A stretch of DNA of 64,000 nt from an uncultured Actinomycetota bacterium (GCA_963829525.1 CAWHIJ010000003.1:2327833-2391832); one strand, 5' to 3'; counted from the stretch's first letter, positions 19,639 through 29,559 are shown. A program made the numbers and translations. Notes: generated by a model not told the origin, from the sequence alone.

Positions 19639-20031
19639 ATGGCTGGATTCCTGGACAAGGCGAAGCAAGTTGCACAGCAGGCGCTCGACGAGGCGAAGAA
19701 GGGCGTTGAGACCGGTCAGGCCAAGTTGGATGACGTGCAGGCGAAGAAGGAAGCCGGCCGCGTCCTCACAGCCCTCGGTGCCGCGTTTTACGCCGAGCAG
19801 CGCACGGGTGGACCGCGCAGCGACGTCGATTCGGCACTGAAGGCGGTCGATGAGTATGTGACGGTGAACGGCACAAGCGGTTTCCCGAATGACGAGGAGT
19901 CGGCACCGCCTCCCCCGCCACCAGCTCCCGCACCGATGCCTGCCCCCACTCCTCCGCCGACGCCCCCCGCATCACCGCCGCCTCCGACGCCCGCTGGCGG
20001 TTCGGCCTACGATCTTCCCCCTAGCCCCTAG
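19639..20031 (+). CDS. hypothetical protein with proline-rich C-terminal tail
   Basis: 130 aa, RBS ggagga upstream, C-terminal PPPPPPAPAPMPAPTPPPTPP low-complexity region. Confidence 0.4.
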   Translation: MAGFLDKAKQVAQQALDEAKKGVETGQAKLDDVQAKKEAGRVLTALGAAFYAEQRTGGPRSDVDSALKAVDEYVTVNGTSGFPNDEESAPPPPPPAPAPMPAPTPPPTPPASPPPPTPAGGSAYDLPPSP

Positions 20032-20052
20032 CCCCAGCCCCTGCCCGAAGCG

Positions 20053-20679
20053 TCAGCCGACGCCATTCCGTTCGGCCCAGACGGCAGCTTGGGTCCGGTC
20101 GAGCACCCCGATCCGTTGAAAGCACGACGTCAGGTGGGCCTTGACCGTCCGCTCGGTTATCCCCAGGCGTCGGGCGATCTGCTTGTTCGACAGTCCCTGC
20201 CTCACGAGCCCAAGCACCTCGGTCTCGCGGGCAGTGAGTTCGACCCTGACCCGTGATGGCTTCTCTGCGCGTGCCGATAGAAGCTCGCGGGCCGCGCGCG
20301 GATGCAGCGGCGACTCCCCTCTGGCAGCAGCCCTGACTCCCGCAAGAATCTCGTCAGGGGAGGCGTCCTTGAGCAGGTAGCCGACGGCCCCGGCGTCGAT
20401 CGCTCCTACGATCCGGTCACGGTCGGAGAACGAGGTGACGATCACCACTGCAATCTCGGGGTGGGCCTCACCGAGTGCCGCAGTCGCCGCGACGCCGTCC
20501 ATCACCGGCATCTGCAAGTCCATCAGAATCACATCAGGGTTCATGAGTTCAGCCAGCTCGATGGCTTCCGCTCCGTTGACGGCGAGCCCCACGACTTCGA
20601 TATCGGAGGTGCTAGCCAGCAGCTGCTGCAGGCCAGCGCGCAGCATCGAGTGGTCGTCGACAACCAGGACCGAGATCAC
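20053..20679 (-). CDS. two-component response regulator, NarL/FixJ (LuxR HTH) family
   Basis: receiver domain (VLVVDDHSMLR...D...LMDLQMP) plus C-terminal LuxR HTH (LTARETEVLGLVRQGLSNKQIARRLGITERTVKAH). Confidence 0.85.
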   Translation of the reverse strand: MISVLVVDDHSMLRAGLQQLLASTSDIEVVGLAVNGAEAIELAELMNPDVILMDLQMPVMDGVAATAALGEAHPEIAVVIVTSFSDRDRIVGAIDAGAVGYLLKDASPDEILAGVRAAARGESPLHPRAARELLSARAEKPSRVRVELTARETEVLGLVRQGLSNKQIARRLGITERTVKAHLTSCFQRIGVLDRTQAAVWAERNGVG

Positions 20680-22121
20680 CTCGCCGGCACCTCCAGCGTC
20701 ACACGGGTGCCCTCCCCTACCGCCGACTCAACCGCCAACCTGCCGCCCGCCTCCGCGGCGAGGTCGCGGAGACCACGAAGCCCGAAACTCTCCGGTACAA
20801 CAGCGGCGTTTGGGTCGAAGCCTTGACCGTCATCGGTGACGACGAGCTTTGCGACCGCAGGCGTCCCCTCGATGACGACGCAAACGTCGAGCCGCTCCGG
20901 AGACGCGTGACGCAGCGAGTTTCGAACGCATTCCTGGGCGGTTCGCCATATCAGCGCAGTCGCATTGTCCGAGAGCTGATCGGTGCCCCGGATGCCGACA
21001 TGCACGTCGACGTCAGCTTGCTCAGCTTGTGCCACGAGATCCTGCAGGGCCGCCCCGAGACCGGCGGCTTGAAGCTGTGGCGGGTAGATCTCGACCAGAA
21101 GAGAACGGAGCGCGAGCAGACTACGGCGCACCGCTGAAGCTAGCCGCTCAAGGTCGGCTTGTAGGCGAGTGCGGTCAAGATCGATGTCCGGGGAGGCGTC
21201 TCTGGCGATCCCGGCAAGGGCGAAGGACGTGCCGGCAAGATCCTGCACAACACCGTCATGGAGGTCGCGTGCAACCCGCCGACGCTCGGCGTCCGAGGCG
21301 TCGGCTGCCATGACCAGGAGCCGCTCACGGTCGGCAGCCGCCGCGTCGGCTCGACGGGAAAGAAGCCAGACGAGGGGGGTGGTCACCAGGAGGAAGATCA
21401 GCAAGCCACCCACCGTGAGCGGTCGAAAGAGTCCGAAGAGCTCGTCGGTGCGCGCCTGGAGGTTGTCGTCGGTCAGGTAGAGCTCGAAGAGCAACGGTTG
21501 GCCGCCAGGGGCCGATACCTTCGTGTACACCTCGAGCACTCGTCCAAGCTGTTGGTCGTAGGAGTTCTCGGACCTACTGAGGTCGGAGACCTCGGCATCC
21601 GAGCCGCCATTGTCGAGCACCGCCCGTTCGTCATCGCCAAGCGGAAACGATTCGTCAATCAACCTGGGCTCATCGGAGTAGACAATTCGTCCATCTGCGT
21701 CCCAGACCTTGACGCGTACCACGTCCCCACCCATGACCCTGCCCCGAATAAGCCGGTCAAAACGGTCGAGGCCGCCTGCCTCCGTGTCGAGCAGCCCCGA
21801 GGAGAGCGCCGGCTCAACGACCGTGTCAGCTAGGAGCTCGGTTGTCGCACGTGCGTCCTCGATCGCCTGTTGTTGTGCTAGCCGTTCGCCCATCACGCCC
21901 GTAAGCCAAGCCAGGAACACCGCAACGACCAGTCCAACCACGACGAACTGCACGACCGGCCGTTGCCAGACCGGTCGTGCAGCTCGCTTGGTTGATGCAG
22001 TGCCCACGGGGGCGGCCTCCGAAAGGGAATGCTGGCTAGAACCCGAGGCTACCTCTGCAGGTCTCACCGGTCGCCGGGTTAGTAGCGCGCCAGCCAATAC
22101 GGTCAGTGCCCGAGAGATCAA
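20676..22121 (-). CDS. sensor histidine kinase (HisKA_3 / NarX-DesK type)
   Basis: two N-terminal TM segments, H-box ERRRVARDLHDGVVQDL, HATPase_c C-terminus; 4-nt overlap with the regulator gene; the true start may be downstream of 22121. Confidence 0.8.
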   Translation of the reverse strand: MISRALTVLAGALLTRRPVRPAEVASGSSQHSLSEAAPVGTASTKRAARPVWQRPVVQFVVVGLVVAVFLAWLTGVMGERLAQQQAIEDARATTELLADTVVEPALSSGLLDTEAGGLDRFDRLIRGRVMGGDVVRVKVWDADGRIVYSDEPRLIDESFPLGDDERAVLDNGGSDAEVSDLSRSENSYDQQLGRVLEVYTKVSAPGGQPLLFELYLTDDNLQARTDELFGLFRPLTVGGLLIFLLVTTPLVWLLSRRADAAAADRERLLVMAADASDAERRRVARDLHDGVVQDLAGTSFALAGIARDASPDIDLDRTRLQADLERLASAVRRSLLALRSLLVEIYPPQLQAAGLGAALQDLVAQAEQADVDVHVGIRGTDQLSDNATALIWRTAQECVRNSLRHASPERLDVCVVIEGTPAVAKLVVTDDGQGFDPNAAVVPESFGLRGLRDLAAEAGGRLAVESAVGEGTRVTLEVPAR

Positions 22122-22437
22122 CCATCAGCCGCCGTACGCTGAACGACCCGCTCGGGCCGCTCGTTGTGGCGTTTCCCCTCGCCGACACGGTGCCGTTGTG
22201 CAACATCCTCCACTTCCAGTTCTGGTTGTTGACATTGCTGTCGACCTCGCCCTCGACCTCAATCCGGCCATTCTGAGGGCTGGCCTTGAGCTTCCAGTCG
22301 CTGTGGCCCGAACACGAACCGCGGCTTATCACGTCGCCGTCTGCCGCTAGGGCGGGGGCGGCAAAGCCGACGAGAACGGCTCCCGAGAGGGCAACCGCGC
22401 CGATCCGGGTAAGCGAAGTCTTCGAGGTGTTGAACAT
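22036..22437 (-). CDS. small secreted protein of unknown function
   Basis: ATG 22437 followed by signal peptide MFNTSKTSLTRIGAVALSGAVLVGFAAPALA, 133 aa, first gene of the apparent three-gene unit with the histidine kinase and regulator. Confidence 0.5.
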   Translation of the reverse strand: MFNTSKTSLTRIGAVALSGAVLVGFAAPALAADGDVISRGSCSGHSDWKLKASPQNGRIEVEGEVDSNVNNQNWKWRMLHNGTVSARGNATTSGPSGSFSVRRLMVDLSGTDRIGWRATNPATGETCRGSLGF

Positions 22438-22629
22438 GGTGTCCTCCAGGGATCGAGATGGGGGCTTGGTCAGAGACATGCCGTTTCCGAACACCCTTAG
22501 CGTCAGCCACGCGTAGTGCAGTTCGCCATTGTCCCGTAGTACTAGGACCTCTGCATGAGCCAGTGATCGGTTTGGGCTCATGCCTTCGATCACAGGAGCG
22601 GACGGGCGCGACTGGCGCGGGAGGGATGA

Positions 22630-24664
22630 CTAGAGGTCGGCCACGACAAGGCCGTGTGCCCGACGGATCTCTGCCACGATACGCAGCATGATGTCGTCGA
22701 TCGTGTAGTCCTTCGGTGTAAAGACAGCAGCAACGCCCAGAGCTTCGAGAGCCGCGGAGTCGGACTCAGGAATGATGCCGCCAACGACAAGAGGCACATC
22801 GCTCATGCCCGCGGCCCTGATCCGAGACAGCACCTCCGGCACAAGTTCCATGTGTGAGCCCGAGAGCACCGACAAGCCAACAACGTGGACGTCTTCCTCC
22901 ACCGCCGCGGCGGCGATCTGCTCTGGTGTCAGCCGGATCCCCTGGTAGACCACCTCGAACCCTGCATCACGTGCACGCACCGCGATCTGCTCGGCTCCGT
23001 TGGAGTGCCCGTCGAGTCCGGGCTTGCCGACGAGAAACCTCAGCCGGCCCCCGAGTTCAGCCGCCGTCTTCTCGACGGCCGCCCTAACCGCCTCGCCGGA
23101 TACGGAGTCCCCAACGGACGCGGTCTGCGACGAGACTCCTGTTGGCGCGCGGTACTCGCCAAACACGCCCCGCAGCGCGTCCGCCCATTCGCCTGTCGTC
23201 ACGCCGGTCCTGGCACATGCCAAGCTCGCCGGCATCAAGTTCTCACCCGAAGCCGCATCCTTGCTCAGTTTCTCCAAGGCAACGGCTACCGCAACGTCGT
23301 CCCGTTCGGCTCGCCAACTGGCGAGAGCCTCGACTGCACGCTCCTCGACGTCGGCAGCGACGCGTCAGGACCGCGCTGTCGAGGTCGGACAGCAACGGGT
23401 TCGGCTCGGTCGTCGTGAACCGGTTGAGTCCGACAACGACAGCATCTCCCGACTCGATGGCACGACGCCGCTCGGCGTGGGACTGCACGAGGGCTGTCTT
23501 CATGTAGCCGGACTCAACAGCAGCCAGGGCACCGCCGAGCCGCTCGATTCGCGCCATCTCGTCTCGCGCGCCCACCACAAGCTCGCCGACCTTGGCGGCC
23601 ACGACCGGGGAGCCATCGAAGAGGTCGCCGTACTCCAACAGGTCGGATTCAAAGGCCAGCACCTGCTGCATGCGGAGCGACCATTGCTGGTCCCAGGGCC
23701 GAGGCAGGCCGAGAGCTTCGTTCCAGGCAGGCAGTTGAATGGCTCGAGCCCTGGCATCCTTGGACAGTGTGACCGCCAGCATCTCGAGCATGATGCGCGG
23801 CACGTTGTTCTCTGGTTGAGCCTCCGTAAGCCCGAGAGAATTGACCTGCACGCCGTACCGGAACCGCCGCTGCTTCGCGTCCGTGATGCCATAGCGATCT
23901 GCGGTGATCTCGTCCCACAGCTCCACGAAGGCACGCATCTTGCACATCTCCTCGACGAAACGCACCCCAGCGTTGACGAAGAACGAGATGCGCTGGACCA
24001 CTTCGCCGAAGCGTTCTGGCGGCACCTGGCCGGAATCGCGAACGGCGTCGAGCACGGCAATCGCTGTACTCAGGGAGAACGCCAGCTCTTGGACCGGGGT
24101 GGCACCGGCCTCCTGCAGGTGATAGCTGCAGATATTCGTCGGGTTCCATTGGGGAACGTTTGCCACCGTGTAGGTCACCATGTCGGTGATCAGCCGCAGC
24201 GATGGGCCGGGCGGGAAGACATACGTCCCGCGCGACAGGTACTCCTTGATGATGTCGTTCTGTGTCGTTCCCTGAAGTGCGGCTGGATCGACGCCCTGTT
24301 CCTCGGCCACCGCGATGTAGAGGGACAACAGCCACATAGCCGTGGCGTTGATCGTCATCGACGTATTCATCTCGTCAAGCGGGATGCCCTCCATCAGCGA
24401 GCGCAGGTCGCCGAGGTGGGTGACCGGAACGCCGACCTTGCCGACCTCTCCGCGCGCCAGCTCGTCGTCGGGATCGTAGCCGGTCTGCGTCGGCAGGTCG
24501 AAAGCGATCGAGAGCCCCGTCTGCCCCTTGGCCAAGTTCTTGCGAAAGAGCGCGTTCGACGCAGCAGCAGAGGAGTGTCCGGCGTACGTGCGCATAACCC
24601 AGGGTCGGGTCGTGCTCCCGTCCGCTGACTCACTGCGAGTAGGGGTCGATGGGTCGTTCGCCAT
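22630..24664 (-). pseudogene. meaA: ethylmalonyl-/methylmalonyl-CoA mutase family protein with fused C-terminal B12-binding domain (MeaA/Ecm-like), interrupted by a 1-nt frameshift near 23355
   Basis: catalytic domain (MRTYAGHSSAAASNALFRKNLAKGQTGLSIAFDLPTQTGYDPDD...) in ORF 23243-24664; the linker and B12 domain (DVEERAVEALASWRAERDD...ENLMPASLACARTGVTTGEWADALRGVFGEYRA...GKPGLDGHSNGAEQIA) continue in the +1 frame to 22630; the YAGHS signature is MeaA-like from memory; the frameshift may be an assembly error. Confidence 0.75.
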
Positions 24665-24713
24665 CCAAGCCTCCGTGAGGTCCCGGTGGATTCGACCCTC
24701 AGCCTAGCCGAGC

Positions 24714-25016
24714 CTAGCTAGCTTCCGCGGCGACCCGATCCAAGTTCAGCACGCGGTGCAGACGGGTGACAGCGAGGATTCGCAGCATTCGCGGCTGCGG
24801 GTCGCAGAGCACCAGCCGGACACCGCACTGACGAGCTCGGCGATGCGCAGCGACCAGCACACCGAGCCCGGCGACGTCGAGACTGACAACTGCGGACGCA
24901 TCCACTGACAGGTCACCTTCGGGGATCGAGTCGAGCGCAACCTGTAGTGCGTAGCGGACATCTCCGGACGTCGTCGCGTCCACACGGGATGGCAACGTCA
25001 CGTCGCATGGGCGCAT
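24714..25016 (-). CDS. STAS-domain protein (anti-sigma-factor antagonist-like)
   Basis: SpoIIAA-like pattern LSVDASAVVSLDVAGLGVLVAAHRRARQCGVRLVLCDPQPRMLRILAVTRL; start assumed at ATG 25016. Confidence 0.55.
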   Translation of the reverse strand: MRPCDVTLPSRVDATTSGDVRYALQVALDSIPEGDLSVDASAVVSLDVAGLGVLVAAHRRARQCGVRLVLCDPQPRMLRILAVTRLHRVLNLDRVAAEAS

Positions 25017-25170
25017 GAAACCCTCCGAGCCCGGGTCAGTCGACGCCCGCAGCAGGTTTGCAGCGGGAGGGAAGTCGCCGACGAACTCCAAGGCCCGCAC
25101 GCTAGCGCCGCTCAGACCCCGCAATGGTGAGACACGCCGCACAGCCCCCTGAGTGGTCGCGTGACTACCA

Positions 25171-26016
25171 TCAGTAACGGTAAAACCCCTGGCCGGTCTT
25201 TCGACCGAGGGCGCCCCGAGCGACCATCTGCCGCAGCAACGCGGGCGCTGCGAAGGTCTCCCCCGGGGTCTCGGCCGCGATGTTGTCCGCAGCGCTGACC
25301 ATGACGTCGATCCCCACGAGGTCGATCGTTTCCAGCGGCCCCATTGCGTGTCCGAACCCGAGTCGGCAAGCGGTGTCGACGTCCTCGGCGGTGGCCACCC
25401 CGGACTCGACCAAGCGCGCGGCCTCGACGATGAGAGTCGTGATGAGGCGGGTCGTCACGAATCCGGCAATGTCGCGGTTGACAACTACACAGGTCTTCCC
25501 GACCCGCTCAGCGAACCCGCGCGCAATTTCCAGCGTTTCGTCACTGGTCTCGACTCCACGTACCAGTTCGCAGAGTGACATGACAGGGACTGGGGAGAAG
25601 AAGTGAGTGCCGACCACCTGCTGCGGTCGCCGCGTCACCTCCGCCAGCTGGGTAATGGGCAGTGCTGACGTATTGGTGGCGAGCACGGCGTGGGGTCCGA
25701 GAATCGGCTCCAGCGCACGGAAGACCTCTTGCTTGACCTCGAGGCGCTCGAAGACCGCCTCGATGGCGATCGAGGCTGGGGCGAGGTCTCCGAGCGACGT
25801 CGTCGGTGTGATGCGTGCCATCACGACCGCCTCCTCTTCACTGGACGTCCCCTTGGCGGCGAACTTGGCCAGCGACGTCGAGATGCCCTGGATCCCCCGC
25901 TCCAGGGAGGTGCCGTCAACGTCATACAGGTACACCTTGTACCCGGCCTGCGCCGCTACCTGAGCAATCCCGGCCCCCATGAGACCTGCTCCGACGACTC
26001 CGATCACGTCTTCCAC
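25171..26016 (-). CDS. hbd: 3-hydroxybutyryl-CoA dehydrogenase (third paralog)
   Basis: Rossmann IGVVGAGLMGAGIAQVAAQAGYKV, HFFSPVPVMSLCELV, C-terminal GRKTGQGFYRY; GTG 26016 preceded by ggaagga is preferred over the ORF-track start 26070. Confidence 0.8.
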   Translation of the reverse strand: MEDVIGVVGAGLMGAGIAQVAAQAGYKVYLYDVDGTSLERGIQGISTSLAKFAAKGTSSEEEAVVMARITPTTSLGDLAPASIAIEAVFERLEVKQEVFRALEPILGPHAVLATNTSALPITQLAEVTRRPQQVVGTHFFSPVPVMSLCELVRGVETSDETLEIARGFAERVGKTCVVVNRDIAGFVTTRLITTLIVEAARLVESGVATAEDVDTACRLGFGHAMGPLETIDLVGIDVMVSAADNIAAETPGETFAAPALLRQMVARGALGRKTGQGFYRY

Positions 26017-26108
26017 TGCCAGCTCCTTCCGTTTCCTCGTTCCCTGAAGGCTAGAGGGAACCGTCACCACAGGTGGCGCCGCCGAGCGGGTGAGCGCAGA
26101 ATCGACGC

Positions 26109-26428
26109 ATGCCGACCTGGGGCAGCTATTCCTACGTGTACGGACCGCTCATGGCGCTGGTCGCCATCGGTGTCTTCGTGCTCGTTCTTCGTTGGGCCTT
26201 CGGTCGAGGCAGCTCGGTCGTGGAACGCCCGCCTCTGAGCGGCAACCCCGACCAGTACGGGCTGCTCGACTCCGTCGCATCACCGGGCACTTACATCGAG
26301 GCCGAGATCCTGAGGAGCGACTGGACGCCAGTGGGATCAAGGCGACCGTTGCGATGACCAATGACGGACCGCGGCTCATGGTCTGGCCCGAAGACCGAAG
26401 CAGGGCAGAGTCCATCGTCGGCAGTTGA
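26109..26428 (+). pseudogene. small conserved membrane protein (actinobacterial, unknown function) with a frameshift near 26330
   Basis: N-terminal part with TM segment ([31 protein letters not shown]) in frame 26109-26357, conserved C-terminal part ([31 protein letters not shown]) in the neighbouring frame ending at 26428. Confidence 0.4.
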
Positions 26429-26439
26429 CAGCGTCTGCC

Positions 26440-27759
26440 GGTGGGCGGGGTCAGCCGAAACGCTCCGGCCGGGTCGTCCTCTCGGACGATCTTGGCGCCG
26501 AGCACTCGGAGTTGCTCGTCGAACTTGGGGTATCCACGGTCGATGTGGTGGATCTCGCTGACGATGGTCTCGCCCTCGGCCACCAAGCCAGCGATCACGA
26601 GCCCGGCACCAGCGCGAATATCGGGGGTCGTGACCGGCGCACCCGAAAGCAGGGGACGCCCACGCACGACCGCGTGGTGGCCGTCGGTGCGGATATCAGC
26701 ACCAAGTCGGGCAAGCTCGTTGACAAACGAGAACCGGGATTCATAGACGTTCTCCGTCACCATCGCAGTGCCGGAGGCCACAGCGTTGAGGGCCAGGGCC
26801 ATGGGAAGCAGGTCCGTCGGAAATCCAGGGAATGGCAGCGTCACTGCATCTACAGCCGTGGGACGGCGATCCATCATGACTCGGAATCCATCGTGAACTC
26901 GGTCGACAGTGGCGCCTGCCGTCACCAGTTTGTCGAGGGCAATCTCAAGGTGTGCCGGATTCGCGTTGTGCACTGTCACATCACCGAGCGTCATCGCCGC
27001 AGCCATCGCCCACGTACCGGCCACGATGCGGTCCGCGACGGTCGCGTGAGAGACCGGTTGCAACGAGTCGACGCCGACGATGACGAGCGTCGAAGTTCCG
27101 GCACCTTCAATCTGGGCTCCCATGTGGCCCAGCATCACGCAGAGGTCGACGATCTCTGGCTCGCGAGCCGCATTGTCGATCTCGGTACAGCCGTCTGCCA
27201 GGACCGCAGCCATCACGAGGTTCTCGGTCGCCCCAACACTAGGAAAATCAAGCCATATCGTGGCACCGGTCAGCTGCTTGGCCTTAGCCACGATGAAACC
27301 GTGCTCGTTCTCAACCGTCGCGCCCATCTTGAGCAGACCGGCGATGTGGAAGTCGAGAGGACGTGAGCCGATGGCGTCGCCACCCGGTAGTGCAACGTCA
27401 GCTTCGCCGGTACGGGCCAACAGTGGGCCCAGAACCGCAATGGACGCTCGCATCCGCCGCACGAGGTCGTAGTCAGCACGGTGCTCAACCTTTTGCGGGA
27501 CATCGATCGTGACGGTTGCCGCATCGCGGTCACGGTGCACACCGCATCCGAGTCGTCGAAGAAGCTCGGACATGATGGTGACGTCGAGGATGTCGGGCAC
27601 CTCGCTCAGTGTCGTTACGCCGGGAGCAAGCAGTGCCGCGGCCATCAGCTTGAGGACCGAGTTCTTGGCCCCGGTGACCTGTACGTCACCTGCGAGGCGA
27701 GCGCCACCGGTCACCCGAAACCGCTGCGGGCGCGCGATGGCTGCATTGGCGGTCTCCAC
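26440..27759 (-). CDS. murA: UDP-N-acetylglucosamine 1-carboxyvinyltransferase
   Basis: MurA blocks throughout ([57 protein letters not shown]); the uninterrupted ORF runs to 26149 (536 aa) but similarity ends near 26460, so the 3' end is approximate and a terminal indel is suspected. Confidence 0.85.
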
Positions 27760-27795
27760 GCGCCCATCGTAGGCGGTCCCCTTAGGGTGGCCGAC

Positions 27796-28380
27796 ATGGT
27801 GAATCTCACGCGCATCTACACCCGGACCGGCGACGACGGCACGACCGCCCTAGGCGACATGACCCGGGTCAGCAAGAACGACCAACGCTTGGTGGCCTAC
27901 GCCGACGTCGACGAGGCAAACTCGGCGATCGGAGTGGTGGTGGCCACTCCGGGGCTCGACTCCCAGATTGCCGCCCTGCTGACCCGCATCCAGAACGACC
28001 TCTTCGACGTTGGGGCAGACCTCTGCACCCCCGTCATCGAGGACCCTGAGTTCCCCCCGCTGCGAGTTGAGCATGAGTACATCGAGCGGCTTGAGGCCGC
28101 CTGCGACCAGTACAACGACCTCCTCGAGCCACTTCGATCCTTCGTCCTGCCCGGGGGAACCATGGCCTCGGCGCACCTTCACGTAGCCCGCACCGTTGTT
28201 CGTCGTGCGGAGCGCAGCACCTGGGCTGCGCTGGCCGAGCACAGCGACACGATGGGGCCGCTAGCAGCTACCTATCTGAACCGGCTCAGCGACCTGCTCT
28301 TCATCTTGGGCCGCGTGGCCAACTTGCCAGCACACGGTGGCGGCGGCGACCTGCTGTGGAAGCCGGGCGGGGAGCGCTAG
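27796..28380 (+). CDS. pduO: PduO-type ATP:cob(I)alamin adenosyltransferase
   Basis: 194 aa from ATG 27796; hallmark N-terminus [21 protein letters not shown] and DLCTP...LRSFVLPGG blocks. Confidence 0.85.
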   Translation: MVNLTRIYTRTGDDGTTALGDMTRVSKNDQRLVAYADVDEANSAIGVVVATPGLDSQIAALLTRIQNDLFDVGADLCTPVIEDPEFPPLRVEHEYIERLEAACDQYNDLLEPLRSFVLPGGTMASAHLHVARTVVRRAERSTWAALAEHSDTMGPLAATYLNRLSDLLFILGRVANLPAHGGGGDLLWKPGGER

Positions 28381-28385
28381 GGCGT

Positions 28386-29501
28386 CTAGGAGGCGCTCGC
28401 GGCGTTCTGCAGCATTCGGATGCGACTCTCGAAGTCCTCGTGGTTCAGGTACGCACCACACAGCTTCCGCCCGCCAGAGTACGACGCGCGGCCATGCATG
28501 GCATGCCAGTTGTCGAACAACATCGCCTCACCGGGCGCCAGGGTGTGTCGCCACTGCAGACTGTGGTCATTCGCGAGATTGTCGAAGGCCCTGATGGCGT
28601 CGTAGAAGGCAACCATCTCGTCAGCTGGCAGCAAGAACGGGGCGCGGTCGGCATTGTTGAACGAGACCTGCACAAGGTTGCCGTGATGGTCGTGCCGCAG
28701 AACGGGGCGGGCCGACATCAGGTGTGACCCGTCACCGATGTACTGCCCGGGGACCATGACCGTTGACAGGGTCTCGTAGTGCTGGGGCTGGTGCTGCTTG
28801 AGCTCCCAGGCGACCCGGAAGCCATCGGCCATCGTCGACTCGCCACCGGTCCCCTCGAAGAACAAGCAGTGCAGCAGCTGAACAGGGGCGTCGTTGGAGT
28901 AAGTAGCATCGGTGTGCGAGAGCAGCTCGACGTTGGTGTAGGCGGTGTCGGCTTTGCTCATGTCGGCTTCGAACTCCCAGAAGCCTCCGAAGATCGATTT
29001 CCGGATGTAGGCGACTCGCTCAAGCAGCTCTTTGGTTGCCTCGCCTGTTGCTGGCACACCGGTCGCCAGCGCGAAGCCGTACTGGGCCACTTTCGTGAGC
29101 CAGTCGAGCAGCCCCTCGTCGGTGTTCATGATGGCGTCGTAGGGCGTGGTCGGCGTTGGATTGATGATCTCGGCATCCCACAGGATCGGCTCGATACCTA
29201 GGGAGGTCGATGCCGTGTGCGGTGAGCGAAAGCGCGCGAGGAAGCCGACGGGGATGGTCGAACGATCTTTGTCGCTCCACGTGATCGTGAGGTCGTCGTT
29301 GACCACGTCGACGGCGGTACCGGTCAGATTCGGATCAATCGACGCCGTATGGATGTTTCGCTGCATCGTGATGGGATGAAAGGTCGCCTCATCGTGGGCA
29401 TGGTCACGCAGCCAGATCCACGGATAGGTCGTGGCAGCGCCGTCGTCCCAGGTCACTGTGAGGGCAGCGGGCTCGGTCTTGTAGTCGGTGATGGTCGCCA
29501 T
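28386..29501 (-). CDS. TauD/TfdA-family Fe(II)/2-oxoglutarate dioxygenase with N-terminal DUF971, gamma-butyrobetaine hydroxylase-like
   Basis: 371 aa; facial triad HTD (LLSHTDATYSN) plus distal His/Arg (DNWHAMHGRASY); N-terminal domain as in BBOX/TMLH-type enzymes. Confidence 0.8.
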   Translation of the reverse strand: MATITDYKTEPAALTVTWDDGAATTYPWIWLRDHAHDEATFHPITMQRNIHTASIDPNLTGTAVDVVNDDLTITWSDKDRSTIPVGFLARFRSPHTASTSLGIEPILWDAEIINPTPTTPYDAIMNTDEGLLDWLTKVAQYGFALATGVPATGEATKELLERVAYIRKSIFGGFWEFEADMSKADTAYTNVELLSHTDATYSNDAPVQLLHCLFFEGTGGESTMADGFRVAWELKQHQPQHYETLSTVMVPGQYIGDGSHLMSARPVLRHDHHGNLVQVSFNNADRAPFLLPADEMVAFYDAIRAFDNLANDHSLQWRHTLAPGEAMLFDNWHAMHGRASYSGGRKLCGAYLNHEDFESRIRMLQNAASAS

Positions 29502-29559
29502 AGTCGGATGCTAGCCATCGGGCTGGCCACGCGAAAGTGATTCTCGCCTCTTGCGCCAG

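Noticed and set aside
28386-29501. Possible horizontally acquired island (lower GC) at the atpC/pduO junction
   Set aside because: A hand count of GC on the first 60 nt gave about 63% with GC-rich third positions, not clearly different from flanking genes. No mobility genes or repeats flank it.
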